From Gaiellaceae bacterium (GTDB lineage Bacteria > Actinomycetota > Thermoleophilia > Gaiellales > Gaiellaceae), in contig DASXTR010000218.1 of NCBI GenBank assembly GCA_036505325.1, positions 1 through 56,967 on the forward strand: 56,967 nucleotides of DNA. Reading direction: 5' to 3'. Both the position numbers and the translations under genes were made by a program. Within the stretch, counting starts at the first letter, position 1; each line of letters starts with the position of its first letter. The notes beneath the pieces are model-generated. The model saw nothing but the letters and a program-made list of their open reading frames with translations, was not told the DNA's origin and did not search any database. This document shows positions 28,618 to 38,672 of the stretch, one piece after another.

Positions 28618-29159
28618 TCGTCGACCAGGCTTTCGGACCCACGCGCGCGGATCTCCGCGACCGTCTCCTCGGATGTCAGCGTCGCGGTGTCGAGCCAGAG
28701 GCCGATCCTCGGAGTCTCGTCGCGAAGCACCGCATCGAGCGTGCCGGGTGTCCAGCCGCCGTGGTAGCCGTCCTTCGTGCGTGCGGCCTCTCGTGCGGCG
28801 ACGGCGTCGAGGCTCGGTGCGAGCACGACGACATGCAGGGGCCGCGTCCGGACGAACTCGAGGAACCACGAGAGCCCGCGGCCGACGATCACGTCTTCGA
28901 CGACGACCGTGAAGCCCTCGTCGACGTAGGAGTCTGCGAGCAGTGCCGCGTGGCGGTAGCGAAGTCGCAGCTGCGCCTCGGCCTCCGCGTCGAGCCCTTG
29001 ACCTGGATCGATCCGGCCTCGCCGCACCATCGTCCGGATCACATCGCCTTCGACGAACGCGCTGCGATCGAAGCCGTCCGCGAGCAGGCGACCGACGGTT
29101 GTCTTGCCGCTCGCCGAGATGCCGGTGACGACCCACAGGGGCGCGTCGCCGCGCGTCAC
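28614..29159 (-). CDS. P-loop kinase-like protein (AAA_33/chloramphenicol-phosphotransferase-like)
   Basis: From ORF 28614..29738. Walker A GISASGKTT at residues 13-21 if the start is GTG 29159, which overlaps the stop of the small upstream ORF (GTGA). ATG 29219 is in another frame. Confidence 0.65.
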   Translation of the reverse strand: MTRGDAPLWVVTGISASGKTTVGRLLADGFDRSAFVEGDVIRTMVRRGRIDPGQGLDAEAEAQLRLRYRHAALLADSYVDEGFTVVVEDVIVGRGLSWFLEFVRTRPLHVVVLAPSLDAVAAREAARTKDGYHGGWTPGTLDAVLRDETPRIGLWLDTATLTSEETVAEIRARGSESLVDD

Positions 29160-29293
29160 GCGTCCGCGGCGGGCTGTTTCTTCTCTTCCGGGTTCGGGCT
29201 GATCTTGACCACGAGCCATGTGACACCCGCCGCGAGCGCGATCACGCACACGATGAAGATGACGATGCCGACGAGGCCGAGGGCCGTAGCCAC
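29156..29293 (-). CDS. small single-TM protein (45 aa), not in the ORF track
   Basis: VATALGLVGIVIFIVCVIALAAGVTWLVVKISPNPEEKKQPADA-type sequence: a hydrophobic helix plus a charged tail. GTG 29293 lies exactly 6 nt after a minus-strand TATCCT hexamer. Its stop is coupled to the kinase start. Confidence 0.4.
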   Translation of the reverse strand: MATALGLVGIVIFIVCVIALAAGVTWLVVKISPNPEEKKQPAADA

Positions 29294-29298
29294 GCGAG

Positions 29299-29305
29299 TA
29301 GGATA
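29299..29305. promoter_or_regulatory. overlapping divergent -10 hexamers TAGGAT (+) / TATCCT (-), each 6 nt from a GTG start
   Basis: The 17-bp intergenic region 29294-29310 lies between GTG 29293 (-) and GTG 29311 (+). Confidence 0.45.
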
Positions 29306-29310
29306 GCCGC

Positions 29311-30480
29311 GTGCCACGCGCCTGCGTCATCGTCCTCGACGCCGTCGGTGCGGGCGAACTGCCGGATGCCGCTGAGTTCGGCGACGAGGGCTCGGACACC
29401 CTCGGCAATGTCGCCCGGGCGGTCGGCGGACTCGACCTGCCGACGCTGGAGGCGCTCGGCCTCGGAAACGTCGAGCCGCTCGAGGGCTGCCCGCCCCAGT
29501 CGGGTGCACCGGCGGTGGCCGGACGACTGCTCGAGCGCTCGCGCGGCAAGGACACGACCACCGGGCACTGGGAGCTCATGGGCGTGGTCACGCCGACGGC
29601 GATGCCGACGTACCCGCACGGCTTCCCCGACGACGTGATCGACCCGTTCATGAACCGCACGGGCCGCGGCGTGCTCGGCAACAAGCCGGCGAGCGGCACG
29701 GAGATCATCCAGGAGCTCGGCGAGGAGCACCAGCGCACCGGGAAATGGATCGTCTACACGAGCGCCGACTCGGTCTTCCAGATCGCCGCGCACGAGGAGA
29801 CGGTTCCGCTCGAGGAGCTGTACGACGGCTGCCGCGTCGCGCGCGAGATCCTGACCGGGAAGCACGCCGTCGGACGAGTGATCGCGCGGCCGTTCATCGG
29901 CACGCCGGGCGAGTACGTCCGCACGGCGAACCGGCACGACTTCTCGCTCGAGCCGCGGCGGCCGAACTATCTCTCGCTCGTCCGCGACGCCGGCCAGAAG
30001 GTGTACGGCGTCGGCAAGATCGGCGATATCTTCGCGGGCTGCGACATCGACGAATCGTTTCCGACGAAGTCGAATGTCGACGGAATCCAGCGCACCGAGG
30101 AGCTTCTGCGGCAGCTCGACGACGGGTTCGTGTTCGTGAACCTCGTCGAGACGGACATGTTGTGGGGCCATCGCAACGACCCCGAGAACTTCCACCGCTG
30201 CCTGCAGGACTTCGACCGCCGGCTACCGGACATCCTGGATGCGTTGCGCGACGGCGACCTGCTGATCCTCACGTCGGATCACGGGTGCGATCCCACGACA
30301 CCGTCGACGGACCACTCGCGCGAGCATGCACTACTCCTCGCCTACGTCGAAGGCCGGAACGCGGCCGGGCGCGTGCACCAAGGCGAGTTCGCGGACGTGG
30401 GCGCCACCGTCAACGCCTGGCTGGGCGGCCGGGCACCGTCGCGCGGGATCCCGGGCACGCCGATCGTCGACGCGGCATGA
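29311..30480 (+). CDS. deoB: phosphopentomutase
   Basis: VIVLDAVGAGELPDAAEFGDEGSDTLGN...LILTSDHGCDP. Confidence 0.9.
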   Translation: MPRACVIVLDAVGAGELPDAAEFGDEGSDTLGNVARAVGGLDLPTLEALGLGNVEPLEGCPPQSGAPAVAGRLLERSRGKDTTTGHWELMGVVTPTAMPTYPHGFPDDVIDPFMNRTGRGVLGNKPASGTEIIQELGEEHQRTGKWIVYTSADSVFQIAAHEETVPLEELYDGCRVAREILTGKHAVGRVIARPFIGTPGEYVRTANRHDFSLEPRRPNYLSLVRDAGQKVYGVGKIGDIFAGCDIDESFPTKSNVDGIQRTEELLRQLDDGFVFVNLVETDMLWGHRNDPENFHRCLQDFDRRLPDILDALRDGDLLILTSDHGCDPTTPSTDHSREHALLLAYVEGRNAAGRVHQGEFADVGATVNAWLGGRAPSRGIPGTPIVDAA

Positions 30481-31214
30481 CCGACGACGCCGAGCTCCGT
30501 CTCGACAACCCGATCCTGGTCCAATGGGAGTTCGCGAGCGAGGAGCGGCTCGACAAGCGCAACTCGATCTACCGCAAGCTCGTCGAGGGGGACAACGCCG
30601 AAGACGTGCTGTTCACGGCGGTCGCCGAGGTCGCGCCCCAGCGCGTGCTCGACGTCGGTTGCGGCACCGGCGAGATGGCGGAGCGGATCGCCCGCGAGCT
30701 CGGCGCGCACGTGACGGCGCTCGACTCCTCGCCGCGGATGGTGCGCCTCACGCGCGAGCGCGGGATCGACGCCCAGGTGGGCGACATCCAGTCGCTCGAC
30801 TTCGGGGACGATTCGTTCGACTGCGTCGTCGCCGGATGGGTGCTGTACCACGTTCCGGACCGGCCTCGCGCGATCGCCGAGTGCGCGCGTGTGCTCCGGC
30901 CCGGCGGGCGCCTCGCGGCCGCGACGCTCGCGTCGAACAACCTCGCCGAGCTCTGGGAGCTCCTGGGCGCCGATCTCGAGCGCGACATCTCGTTCGCGGC
31001 AGAGAACGGGCAGGAGCAGCTCGAGCCGTACTTCGCGCGCGTCGAGCGTCGCGACGCACACGGTGTCGTCGTATTCCCGACCCCGGACGCTATGCGCAGC
31101 TACGTCGCGGCGAACATCACGCGAGCGCATCTCGCCGCAAACGTTCCGGACTTCACAGAGCCGGTGCGCGCACGCACGTACCACACCATCTTCGTCGGCG
31201 AGAAAGCGGGCTGA
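30477..31214 (+). CDS. class I SAM-dependent methyltransferase (paralogue 1)
   Basis: VLDVGCGTGEMAE...FDCVVAGWVLYHVPD...LRPGGRL. ATG 30477 overlaps the deoB stop (ATGA). Confidence 0.8.
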   Translation: MTDDAELRLDNPILVQWEFASEERLDKRNSIYRKLVEGDNAEDVLFTAVAEVAPQRVLDVGCGTGEMAERIARELGAHVTALDSSPRMVRLTRERGIDAQVGDIQSLDFGDDSFDCVVAGWVLYHVPDRPRAIAECARVLRPGGRLAAATLASNNLAELWELLGADLERDISFAAENGQEQLEPYFARVERRDAHGVVVFPTPDAMRSYVAANITRAHLAANVPDFTEPVRARTYHTIFVGEKAG

Positions 31215-31923
31215 TGCCGCTGAACGACCCTGACGTCGTGCGCACGCAATACGAGCATGAACGCAATCTCCGCGCGCGCCAAGCGCTGTACGAGGAGAGC
31301 GAGGGCTCGGATCCGCGCGAGGTCGCGTGGAACGCGATCACGGAGGCGGATCCGCACCGCGTGCTCGAGGTCGGCGGTGGCCCCGGCGAGGTGTCGGAGC
31401 GCATGATGCTCGAGCTCGGCGCCGACGTGTCGTTCGTCGACATCTCGCCTCGCATGGTGGAGCTCGCGCGAGCACGCGGAATCGCCGACGCGCGAGTCGG
31501 GGACGTGCAGGAGCTGCCATTCGAGGACGAAACCTTCGACACGGCGGTCGCCGCGTGGATGCTCTACCACGTGCCGGACATCGATCGCGCGCTCGCCGAG
31601 CTCGCGCGCGTCTTGCTGCCCGGCGGCCGCCTCGTCGCCGTGACCAACGCGTTCGAGCATCTGCACGAGCTCCGGGAGCTCGTCGGGTGGCGGCCGAGCG
31701 ATTTCGAGTCTGTGTTCAACCGCGCCAACGGTGCGGAGCTGCTCGGTCGGCACTTCGACTTGGTCGAGCAGCGCGATGTCGACGGCTGGGTGACGATCCG
31801 AGACCGCCAGAAGATCGTCGCGTATCGCAACTCGTTGTCGGGCGTGGACCAGCTCGGAGACCTCCGCGACTTCGGGGTGCCGCTGCGGATCCGCCGGGCG
31901 AACACCGTCTTCGTCGCGACGAA

Positions 31924-31927
<4 letters not shown>
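31214..31927 (+). CDS. class I SAM-dependent methyltransferase (paralogue 2)
   Basis: VLEVGGGPGEVSE...FDTAVAAWMLYHVPD...LLPGGRL. ATG 31214 overlaps the previous stop (TGATG). Confidence 0.8.
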
Positions 31928-33222
<1,295 letters not shown>

Positions 33223-33248
33223 TGCGCGGCCGGGCGCACGCCGCCGGG

Positions 33249-33254
33249 TACCGT
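33249..33254 (+). promoter_or_regulatory. putative -10 hexamer TACCGT, 6 nt before GTG 33261 (leaderless-type promoter of mutM)
   Basis: TACCGT-TCGGCC-GTG. Confidence 0.45.
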
Positions 33255-33260
33255 TCGGCC

Positions 33261-34154
33261 GTGCCTGAGCTGCCCGAGGTGGAGACGGTCCGGCTGCGGC
33301 TCGCGCCGGTGCTCGAGGGGCGGCGCCTCGAGCGCGTCGAGATCTCGGACCCGCGTCTGACACGGCCGCTTGACCCGGACGACGTGGCGCGCGCGCTCGA
33401 GGGCGAACGCGTCCGCGAGGTCGGGCGTCGCGGCAAATATTTGATTGTGTGGTTCGAGTCGGGTCGGGCGCTCCTGATCCACCTCCGGATGACGGGGTCG
33501 CTTCGTCACGCGCCCGCCGGGACCCTTCCGGATGATCCCTACCGACGCGCTGTTGTCAGGCTAGACGACGGGTCGGACGTCGCCTACCGCGACGTCCGTC
33601 GCTTCGGCACGTGGCTTCTGCTCGAACCGTCCGAGGTGGACGAGTACGTCGACGCGCGCGTCGGCCGCGAGCCGCTCGACGCCGCATTCCGCGCGCGCGA
33701 TCTCGCGGAGCGGCTCGCGACGAGGCGGGCGCCGATCAAGACCGTCATCCTCGACCAGCGCACCGTTGCCGGAGTGGGCAACATCTACGCCGACGAAGCG
33801 TTGTGGCGAGCGCGCATCCACCCGCTCACGGCCGCGCGCGATCTCGCGCCGGACGAGCTGCGCGCACTTCACCGCGGAATCCGCCGCGCACTCGAGCACG
33901 GCATCGCGCGGCAGGGTTCGACGCTCCGCGACTATGCGTTGCCCGATGGGACAACAGGAGGCATGCAGCGCGAGTTCAAGGTCTACGGGCGTGCGGGCGA
34001 GCCGTGCGATCGCTGCGGGACGCCGATCGAGAAGATCCGCGCCGCGGGCCGCGGGACGTGGTACTGCCCGTCGTGCCAGCAGCGACGCGCGCCTCAGGCG
34101 GCGAGCAGCTCGTCGAGCCGGCCCTCGCGGTCGAGCCGCCAGAGCTCCGTGTAG
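33261..34154 (+). CDS. mutM: formamidopyrimidine-DNA glycosylase
   Basis: VPELPEVETVRLRL..., H2TH region, zinc finger CDRCGTPIEKIRAAGRGTWYCPSCQ. A 25-aa Ser/Arg-rich tail overlaps the convergent gene. Confidence 0.9.
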   Translation: MPELPEVETVRLRLAPVLEGRRLERVEISDPRLTRPLDPDDVARALEGERVREVGRRGKYLIVWFESGRALLIHLRMTGSLRHAPAGTLPDDPYRRAVVRLDDGSDVAYRDVRRFGTWLLLEPSEVDEYVDARVGREPLDAAFRARDLAERLATRRAPIKTVILDQRTVAGVGNIYADEALWRARIHPLTAARDLAPDELRALHRGIRRALEHGIARQGSTLRDYALPDGTTGGMQREFKVYGRAGEPCDRCGTPIEKIRAAGRGTWYCPSCQQRRAPQAASSSSSRPSRSSRQSSV

Positions 34155-34348
34155 CCGCCGATCGGCCGGTCGTCGATCAGGATCTGCGGCACGGTCCAGC
34201 CGCCGGTCAGGTCGCGCAGCTTCGAGCGGAACGCCGGATCCTCGTCCATGTGCACCTCCTCGTACTCGAATCCCTTCGAGTCGAGGAGCGCCTTCGCGCG
34301 CACGCAGTAGCCGCACCAGCGCGTCGTATACATCCGAATCCTGGCCAT
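34094..34348 (-). CDS. glutaredoxin-like protein
   Basis: MARIRMYTTRWCGYCVRAKALLD...VPQILIDDRPIGGYTEL. TACAAT lies 5 nt before ATG 34348. Confidence 0.85.
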   Translation of the reverse strand: MARIRMYTTRWCGYCVRAKALLDSKGFEYEEVHMDEDPAFRSKLRDLTGGWTVPQILIDDRPIGGYTELWRLDREGRLDELLAA

Positions 34349-34410
34349 CCCGAATTGTAACGAGGAAGCCGGCTCGGAGATTCCCGACGGCCGCTCTAGA
34401 CTGGGCCGAA

Positions 34411-35154
34411 GTGGCCGGGCGGACGTACAAGACGGAGGCGATCGTCCTGCGGTCGCTGCGTTTCTCGGAGGCCGACCGGATCCTGCACCTGTACACGGCC
34501 GACCGCGGCCGCGTCGGCGCGATCGCAAAGGGGGCGCGGAAGACGAAGTCGCGCTTCGGCGCGCGCCTCGAGCCACTCTCGCACGGGGAGCTCATGCTGC
34601 ACGAAGGCGCCGGAGAGCTCCACACCGTGACCGGCGTCGAGCTCCTCCGCTCGCACCGGGCCGCGCGCGAGGAGCCGCATCGCCTCGCGGTCGGTCTCAT
34701 CGGCGCGGAGGCCATGCTGCGGCTTTTCGGCGAGCCGGAGGCGAACCAGCGCGCCTTCGGTGCGCTCGCGCGCTTCCTCGACCTGCTCGACGAAGCCCCG
34801 TCGCTCGCCCCGGAGCGCCCTGCACTCGATCCGCTCGGACTGTCCTTCCAGCTGAAGCTCCTGTGGCTTTCGGGCTACCTCCCGCACATGACCAACTGCG
34901 TCGAGTGCGGCGGAGAGGGCGCGCTCGTCGGGTTCTCGGCCCGCGCCGGCGGCGCCGTCTGCCGTATCCACGCCCAGGGGGCGCTCGCCCTTTCGCCGGA
35001 AGGGCTGGCGGGGATCGAGCGGCTGCTCTCGACACCGCTCGCGGACGCGCACGCGGCCGCCCTCACGGAGCGTGCGCGGCGCGACGCGCTGGCGGTCGTC
35101 ACCTCGTCCTACGAGGAGCACGGCGGGTTCCGCCTGCGCACGCTGTCGGCGTGA
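34411..35154 (+). CDS. recO: DNA repair protein RecO
   Basis: YKTEAIVLRSLRFSEADRILHLYTADRGRVGAIAKGARK... and the zinc motif CVECGG...VCRIH. Confidence 0.9.
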   Translation: MAGRTYKTEAIVLRSLRFSEADRILHLYTADRGRVGAIAKGARKTKSRFGARLEPLSHGELMLHEGAGELHTVTGVELLRSHRAAREEPHRLAVGLIGAEAMLRLFGEPEANQRAFGALARFLDLLDEAPSLAPERPALDPLGLSFQLKLLWLSGYLPHMTNCVECGGEGALVGFSARAGGAVCRIHAQGALALSPEGLAGIERLLSTPLADAHAAALTERARRDALAVVTSSYEEHGGFRLRTLSA

Positions 35155-35381
35155 CGGCGGTCGCTACGGCTCGACGGCCCCTTCAGGCTCCGAGCTGCCG
35201 AGCAGCCACGGCGCCGCCTCGACGGCGGTGTTCCACGCCACCTACTCGTTTCCCTCGGCATCGCGCAGGACGTAGCGCTTGTTGCCGGAGCGCGTCTCGT
35301 ACGCCTCGACCTTCGCGACGACGGCGTCGCGCTCGGGCATGCCGGGCGTATGCCCGAGGGAGTGCATGCGACACTTCCGCG

Positions 35382-35807
35382 GTGCGCCGCGAGCTGCCGG
35401 ATGGCTACGAGCTGGACGACGATCCGGGACGTGTGGACGTCGGAGCGGTGCACGCGTACCTCGCGGGCGAGTCGTACTGGGCCCGCGGCCGGCCGCTCGA
35501 GGTGCAGGAGCGCCTGGTGCGCGAGGCGGCGCGCGTCGTCGGCCTCTATCGCGATGGGACGCAGGTGGGCTTCTGCCGCGCTGCGACCGACGGCGTCTCG
35601 TTCGTCTACCTCGCCGACGTCTACGTCCTCACCGGCCACCGCGGGCGCGGGCTCGGCGCGGAGCTCGTGCGCGAGATGATCGAGAACGGGCCGTACGCCG
35701 ACCGCAAGTGGCTCCTGCACACGGAGGACGCGCACGACCTCTACCGGCCGTTCGGGTTCGACGCGCCGAACTACAAGGTGATGGAGCGCCTGCCGCCGGG
35801 GCGGTAG
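35382..35807 (+). CDS. GNAT-family N-acetyltransferase
   Basis: LADVYVLTGHRGRGLGAELVREMI (acetyl-CoA motif A). Start set at GTG 35382 within ORF 34863..35807. Confidence 0.75.
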   Translation: MRRELPDGYELDDDPGRVDVGAVHAYLAGESYWARGRPLEVQERLVREAARVVGLYRDGTQVGFCRAATDGVSFVYLADVYVLTGHRGRGLGAELVREMIENGPYADRKWLLHTEDAHDLYRPFGFDAPNYKVMERLPPGR

Positions 35808-35808
35808 C

Positions 35809-36213
35809 TCACTGGACGCAGAAGCCGTTCCCCTCGGGGTCGCGCATCACGGTCCACGTCTCGGTGAAGCCGCCGATCGTGTGCGACCTCGTCTCGACGA
35901 CGGTCGCGCCCAGCGCGACCAGGCGCTCCACCTCCGCCTCGCGGTCCTCGGCGTTGAGGTCGAGGTGGATCGGGATGTCCTGCGGCGAGCTCCTCGGGCG
36001 CCGCTGGAAGAGCAGGTGCGGGCCGGCGCCGTCCGGCGGGACGAGCATCGCCCACGCTCCCGGATCGAGCTTGCCCTCGTCGATCTCGCGCTGGATCGGC
36101 TCCGTCACCTCGGGCGGCAGCTCGATCGGCCTGTAGCCGGTCGCTGCGGCCCAGAACTCCGCGAGCGGCACGGGCTCGGCGCACGCAAACGTGATATTGC
36201 CGATCCGCGCCAT
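35809..36213 (-). CDS. VOC/glyoxalase-family protein
   Basis: MARIGNITFACAEPVPLAEFW...IHLDLNAEDREAEVERLVALGATVV...MRDPEGNGFCV. Confidence 0.75.
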   Translation of the reverse strand: MARIGNITFACAEPVPLAEFWAAATGYRPIELPPEVTEPIQREIDEGKLDPGAWAMLVPPDGAGPHLLFQRRPRSSPQDIPIHLDLNAEDREAEVERLVALGATVVETRSHTIGGFTETWTVMRDPEGNGFCVQ

Positions 36214-36217
36214 GCCC

Positions 36218-37234
36218 TTACGGCGACAGGCGTTCAACGAGGAACGCGAGCGAGAGCGGGTAGCGCCAGGCGATGTTCCCGTGGCGTCCGTCGAAGAGCT
36301 CGAAGCGAATCACGTCGTCCGGGACGCCGACCTCGCCGAGCACGCGCCGGAACGCGGTCGCGCCGAGGTCGAGGTAGTACTCGTCGCTCTTCCCGCTGTC
36401 GATCCAGATCGCGCGCAGGCTCCGAAGCGTCTCGGCGGCGGCCGGCTCGCACGCCATGCGCACCGGGTCCCAGCGCAGCCAGCGCTCCCACACCTCCGGC
36501 CGCAGCTGGCCGGTCTCGACGTCGAACGGCAGGTCGACCGTGCCGTCATCGTGCGCGGAGTACGCCGCCGCCATCGCGTACGTGTTGACGAGTACCGGGT
36601 CGTTCTTGTCCGAGAGGACGGGCCGGCCCGAGCGGAAGTCCTCCCAGAACCGGTCGAACGACCCGTCGTAGCGGTCGCGCAGCGCGCGCACGGCCGGCGG
36701 GAACTCGATCGCGTAGCAGACCTCGAACAGCGCGTCGCCGGCGTGCGTGGCGAGCCCCCCGAACAGGTCGGGCCGCAGCATCGGCGTGATCATCGCGCCG
36801 TAGCCGCCCGACGACTTTCCCTGGATGCCGCGGTGCTCGCGCGCCGCGATCGTCCGGTACTGCGAGTCGACGAACGGCACGATCTCGTCGCAGAGGTACG
36901 TGTGGTAGCGCCCGATCGCAGGCGAGTCGACGAACTGCGAGCCGCCGAGCGCGGTGAACGCGTCGACGAGCACGACGATCGCTTCCGGCGCGAGCTCGGC
37001 GACGGCGTCCGGCAGCGACGTCTCCCACGGCCGCACGTTGAACCATGCGCGGGCGATCCCGGTCATGCCCTGGATCACGTAGACCGAGGGGTACCGGCGC
37101 TCCGCATCGGCGTCGTAGGAAGGCGGCGTCCACACGAAGAGCGGCCGCACGTGCGGGTCGCCGAGTGGATTCCCGCGCAGCGCCTCGCTCTCGAACGCGT
37201 GCTCCTGCCAGCCGTCCGTGCGATCCGACTGCAT
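36218..37234 (-). CDS. esterase-family alpha/beta hydrolase (enterochelin-esterase-like)
   Basis: YPSVYVIQGMTG..., nucleophile elbow GKSSGGYGA. Confidence 0.7.
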   Translation of the reverse strand: MQSDRTDGWQEHAFESEALRGNPLGDPHVRPLFVWTPPSYDADAERRYPSVYVIQGMTGIARAWFNVRPWETSLPDAVAELAPEAIVVLVDAFTALGGSQFVDSPAIGRYHTYLCDEIVPFVDSQYRTIAAREHRGIQGKSSGGYGAMITPMLRPDLFGGLATHAGDALFEVCYAIEFPPAVRALRDRYDGSFDRFWEDFRSGRPVLSDKNDPVLVNTYAMAAAYSAHDDGTVDLPFDVETGQLRPEVWERWLRWDPVRMACEPAAAETLRSLRAIWIDSGKSDEYYLDLGATAFRRVLGEVGVPDDVIRFELFDGRHGNIAWRYPLSLAFLVERLSP

Positions 37235-37286
37235 GCCGGCGCGACCGTACCAGGAGTCGATCCTTGTGCCGGAGCGTCACGGTTTC

Positions 37287-37379
37287 GGCACGAAGTTGGC
37301 ACAGACACGTGCGTCGCGCTGTGCGACGCTGTTCGCAGGGGGCGCCGCGGCCCCCTCGGGGTGGTTTGGGCCCCGAGGG
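37287..37379 (+). other. conserved structured element, copy 2
   Basis: Matches 26033-26121 in two blocks (see copy 1). Hairpins GGGGGC/GCCCCC (37338-37355) and CCCTCGGGG/CCCCGAGGG (37353-37379) overlap. It lies between two minus-strand genes. Confidence 0.5.
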
Positions 37380-37433
37380 AGCGTGTGGCGGGCCGAGGGA
37401 GAGGAGGGTGCCCGCCGCGGCGACTTGGGCCGC

Positions 37434-38522
37434 CTACGCGGCCGGACGTGTGCCGAGTGTCAGCGTCAGGGTCTTCGTCTGGCCTGCACGGCGGACGGTC
37501 AGCTCGATCTTGTCGCCGGGCTCGTGCTCGTCGACCGCGGCGCGGAGGGCCTGCGCGTCGGCGATGGTGGAGCCGTCGACCGCCGTCACGACGTCGCCGG
37601 TCTGCACACCCGAGCGCGAAGCCGGCGAGCCGGATGCGACGCTCGTGACGTGCGCGCCCGTCGTCGCCGCGTCGTCGATGCCGACGCCGAGGTACGCGTG
37701 CTCGACTTTCCCGCCCGCGATCAGCTGCGCGACGACCGTCTTGATCGTCGACGACGGGATCGCGAAGCCGACGCCGTCGTTGCCGCCGGAGTCGCTCTCG
37801 ATCTGCGCGTTGACGCCGATGACCTTGCCCTGCATGTCCAGCAGCGGGCCGCCGGAGTTTCCGTGGTTGATGGCCGCGTCGGTCTGGATCGCACCGACGA
37901 TCGCGTAGTTGTTCGGCGCCTGGATCTCGCGGCCGAGCGCGCTCACGATGCCCGTCGTGACGCTCTCGTTCAGGCCGAACGGCGATCCGATGGCGACGAC
38001 GCCGTCGCCGACCTCGAGGTCGCCCGAGGAGCCGAGCGTGAGCGGTGTGACGCCGCTCGGGAGCGAGGCCACCTTCAGCACGGCGAGGTCGGTCGACGGA
38101 TCGGTGCCGACGACCTGCGCCGTCAGCTTCTGCCCGTTCGCGAACTTGACCGTGACGCTCGTCGCGCCGTCGACGACGTGCTCGTTCGTGACGATGTGGC
38201 CGTCGGCGTCGTAGACGAAGCCGGAGCCCTGAGCCTGTGAGCTCTGCGAACCCTGCCCGGGGAAGGGCGAGCCCGACGACTGCTCGGTCGCGATCACCTC
38301 GACGACGCCTGACTTCGCGCGCCGGTAGATCTCGTTGACCGAGAGGGAGCTGGTGGACGCCGCCGACTGCGCGGGCGCAGACGCCGAAGCCGACGCGGCG
38401 GTCGTGGCCGCGGGGGCGGCCGATCCGCCGTCGCCGCGGGCGACGTACCCGGCGGTCGCGCCGCCCGCCGCGACGACCACGGCCGCAGCACCGGCGGCGA
38501 TCCGATTCCTGATCGATGCCAT
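37434..38522 (-). CDS. HtrA/DegP-family serine protease with PDZ domain
   Basis: TNEHVV, DLAVLKV and GNSGGPLL catalytic contexts; N-terminal TM; C-terminal PDZ. AAAGGAA Shine-Dalgarno before ATG 38522. Confidence 0.9.
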   Translation of the reverse strand: MASIRNRIAAGAAAVVVAAGGATAGYVARGDGGSAAPAATTAASASASAPAQSAASTSSLSVNEIYRRAKSGVVEVIATEQSSGSPFPGQGSQSSQAQGSGFVYDADGHIVTNEHVVDGATSVTVKFANGQKLTAQVVGTDPSTDLAVLKVASLPSGVTPLTLGSSGDLEVGDGVVAIGSPFGLNESVTTGIVSALGREIQAPNNYAIVGAIQTDAAINHGNSGGPLLDMQGKVIGVNAQIESDSGGNDGVGFAIPSSTIKTVVAQLIAGGKVEHAYLGVGIDDAATTGAHVTSVASGSPASRSGVQTGDVVTAVDGSTIADAQALRAAVDEHEPGDKIELTVRRAGQTKTLTLTLGTRPAA

Positions 38523-38576
38523 GACTCGTTCCTTTCGCATTCGCATTGCGGTCTGCGAGTCATGGGAGCAGCACCA

Positions 38577-38594
38577 CCTGAGAGGCGCCTGAGA
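38577..38594. promoter_or_regulatory. direct repeat CCTGAGA-N4-CCTGAGA (11-bp period) in the divergent htrA / two-component-operon promoter region; candidate response-regulator site
   Basis: CCTGAGA occurs at 38577-38583 and 38588-38594. An inverted copy, TCTCAGA, lies at 38651-38657. Confidence 0.35.
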
Positions 38595-38672
38595 TTCGCG
38601 TTAGCGCTACGTTGCCGGCTTAGGACAGGCTTAACGCAGTCTTACCCGGCTCTCAGAAATCCCTGGAACTCT

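Noticed and set aside
38562-38672. Upstream Met (38562) of the HExxH protein ORF giving a 37-aa N-terminal extension.
   Set aside because: The extension is Arg-rich with non-coding-like composition and covers the AT-richer regulatory region. The signal peptide begins right after GTG 38673.
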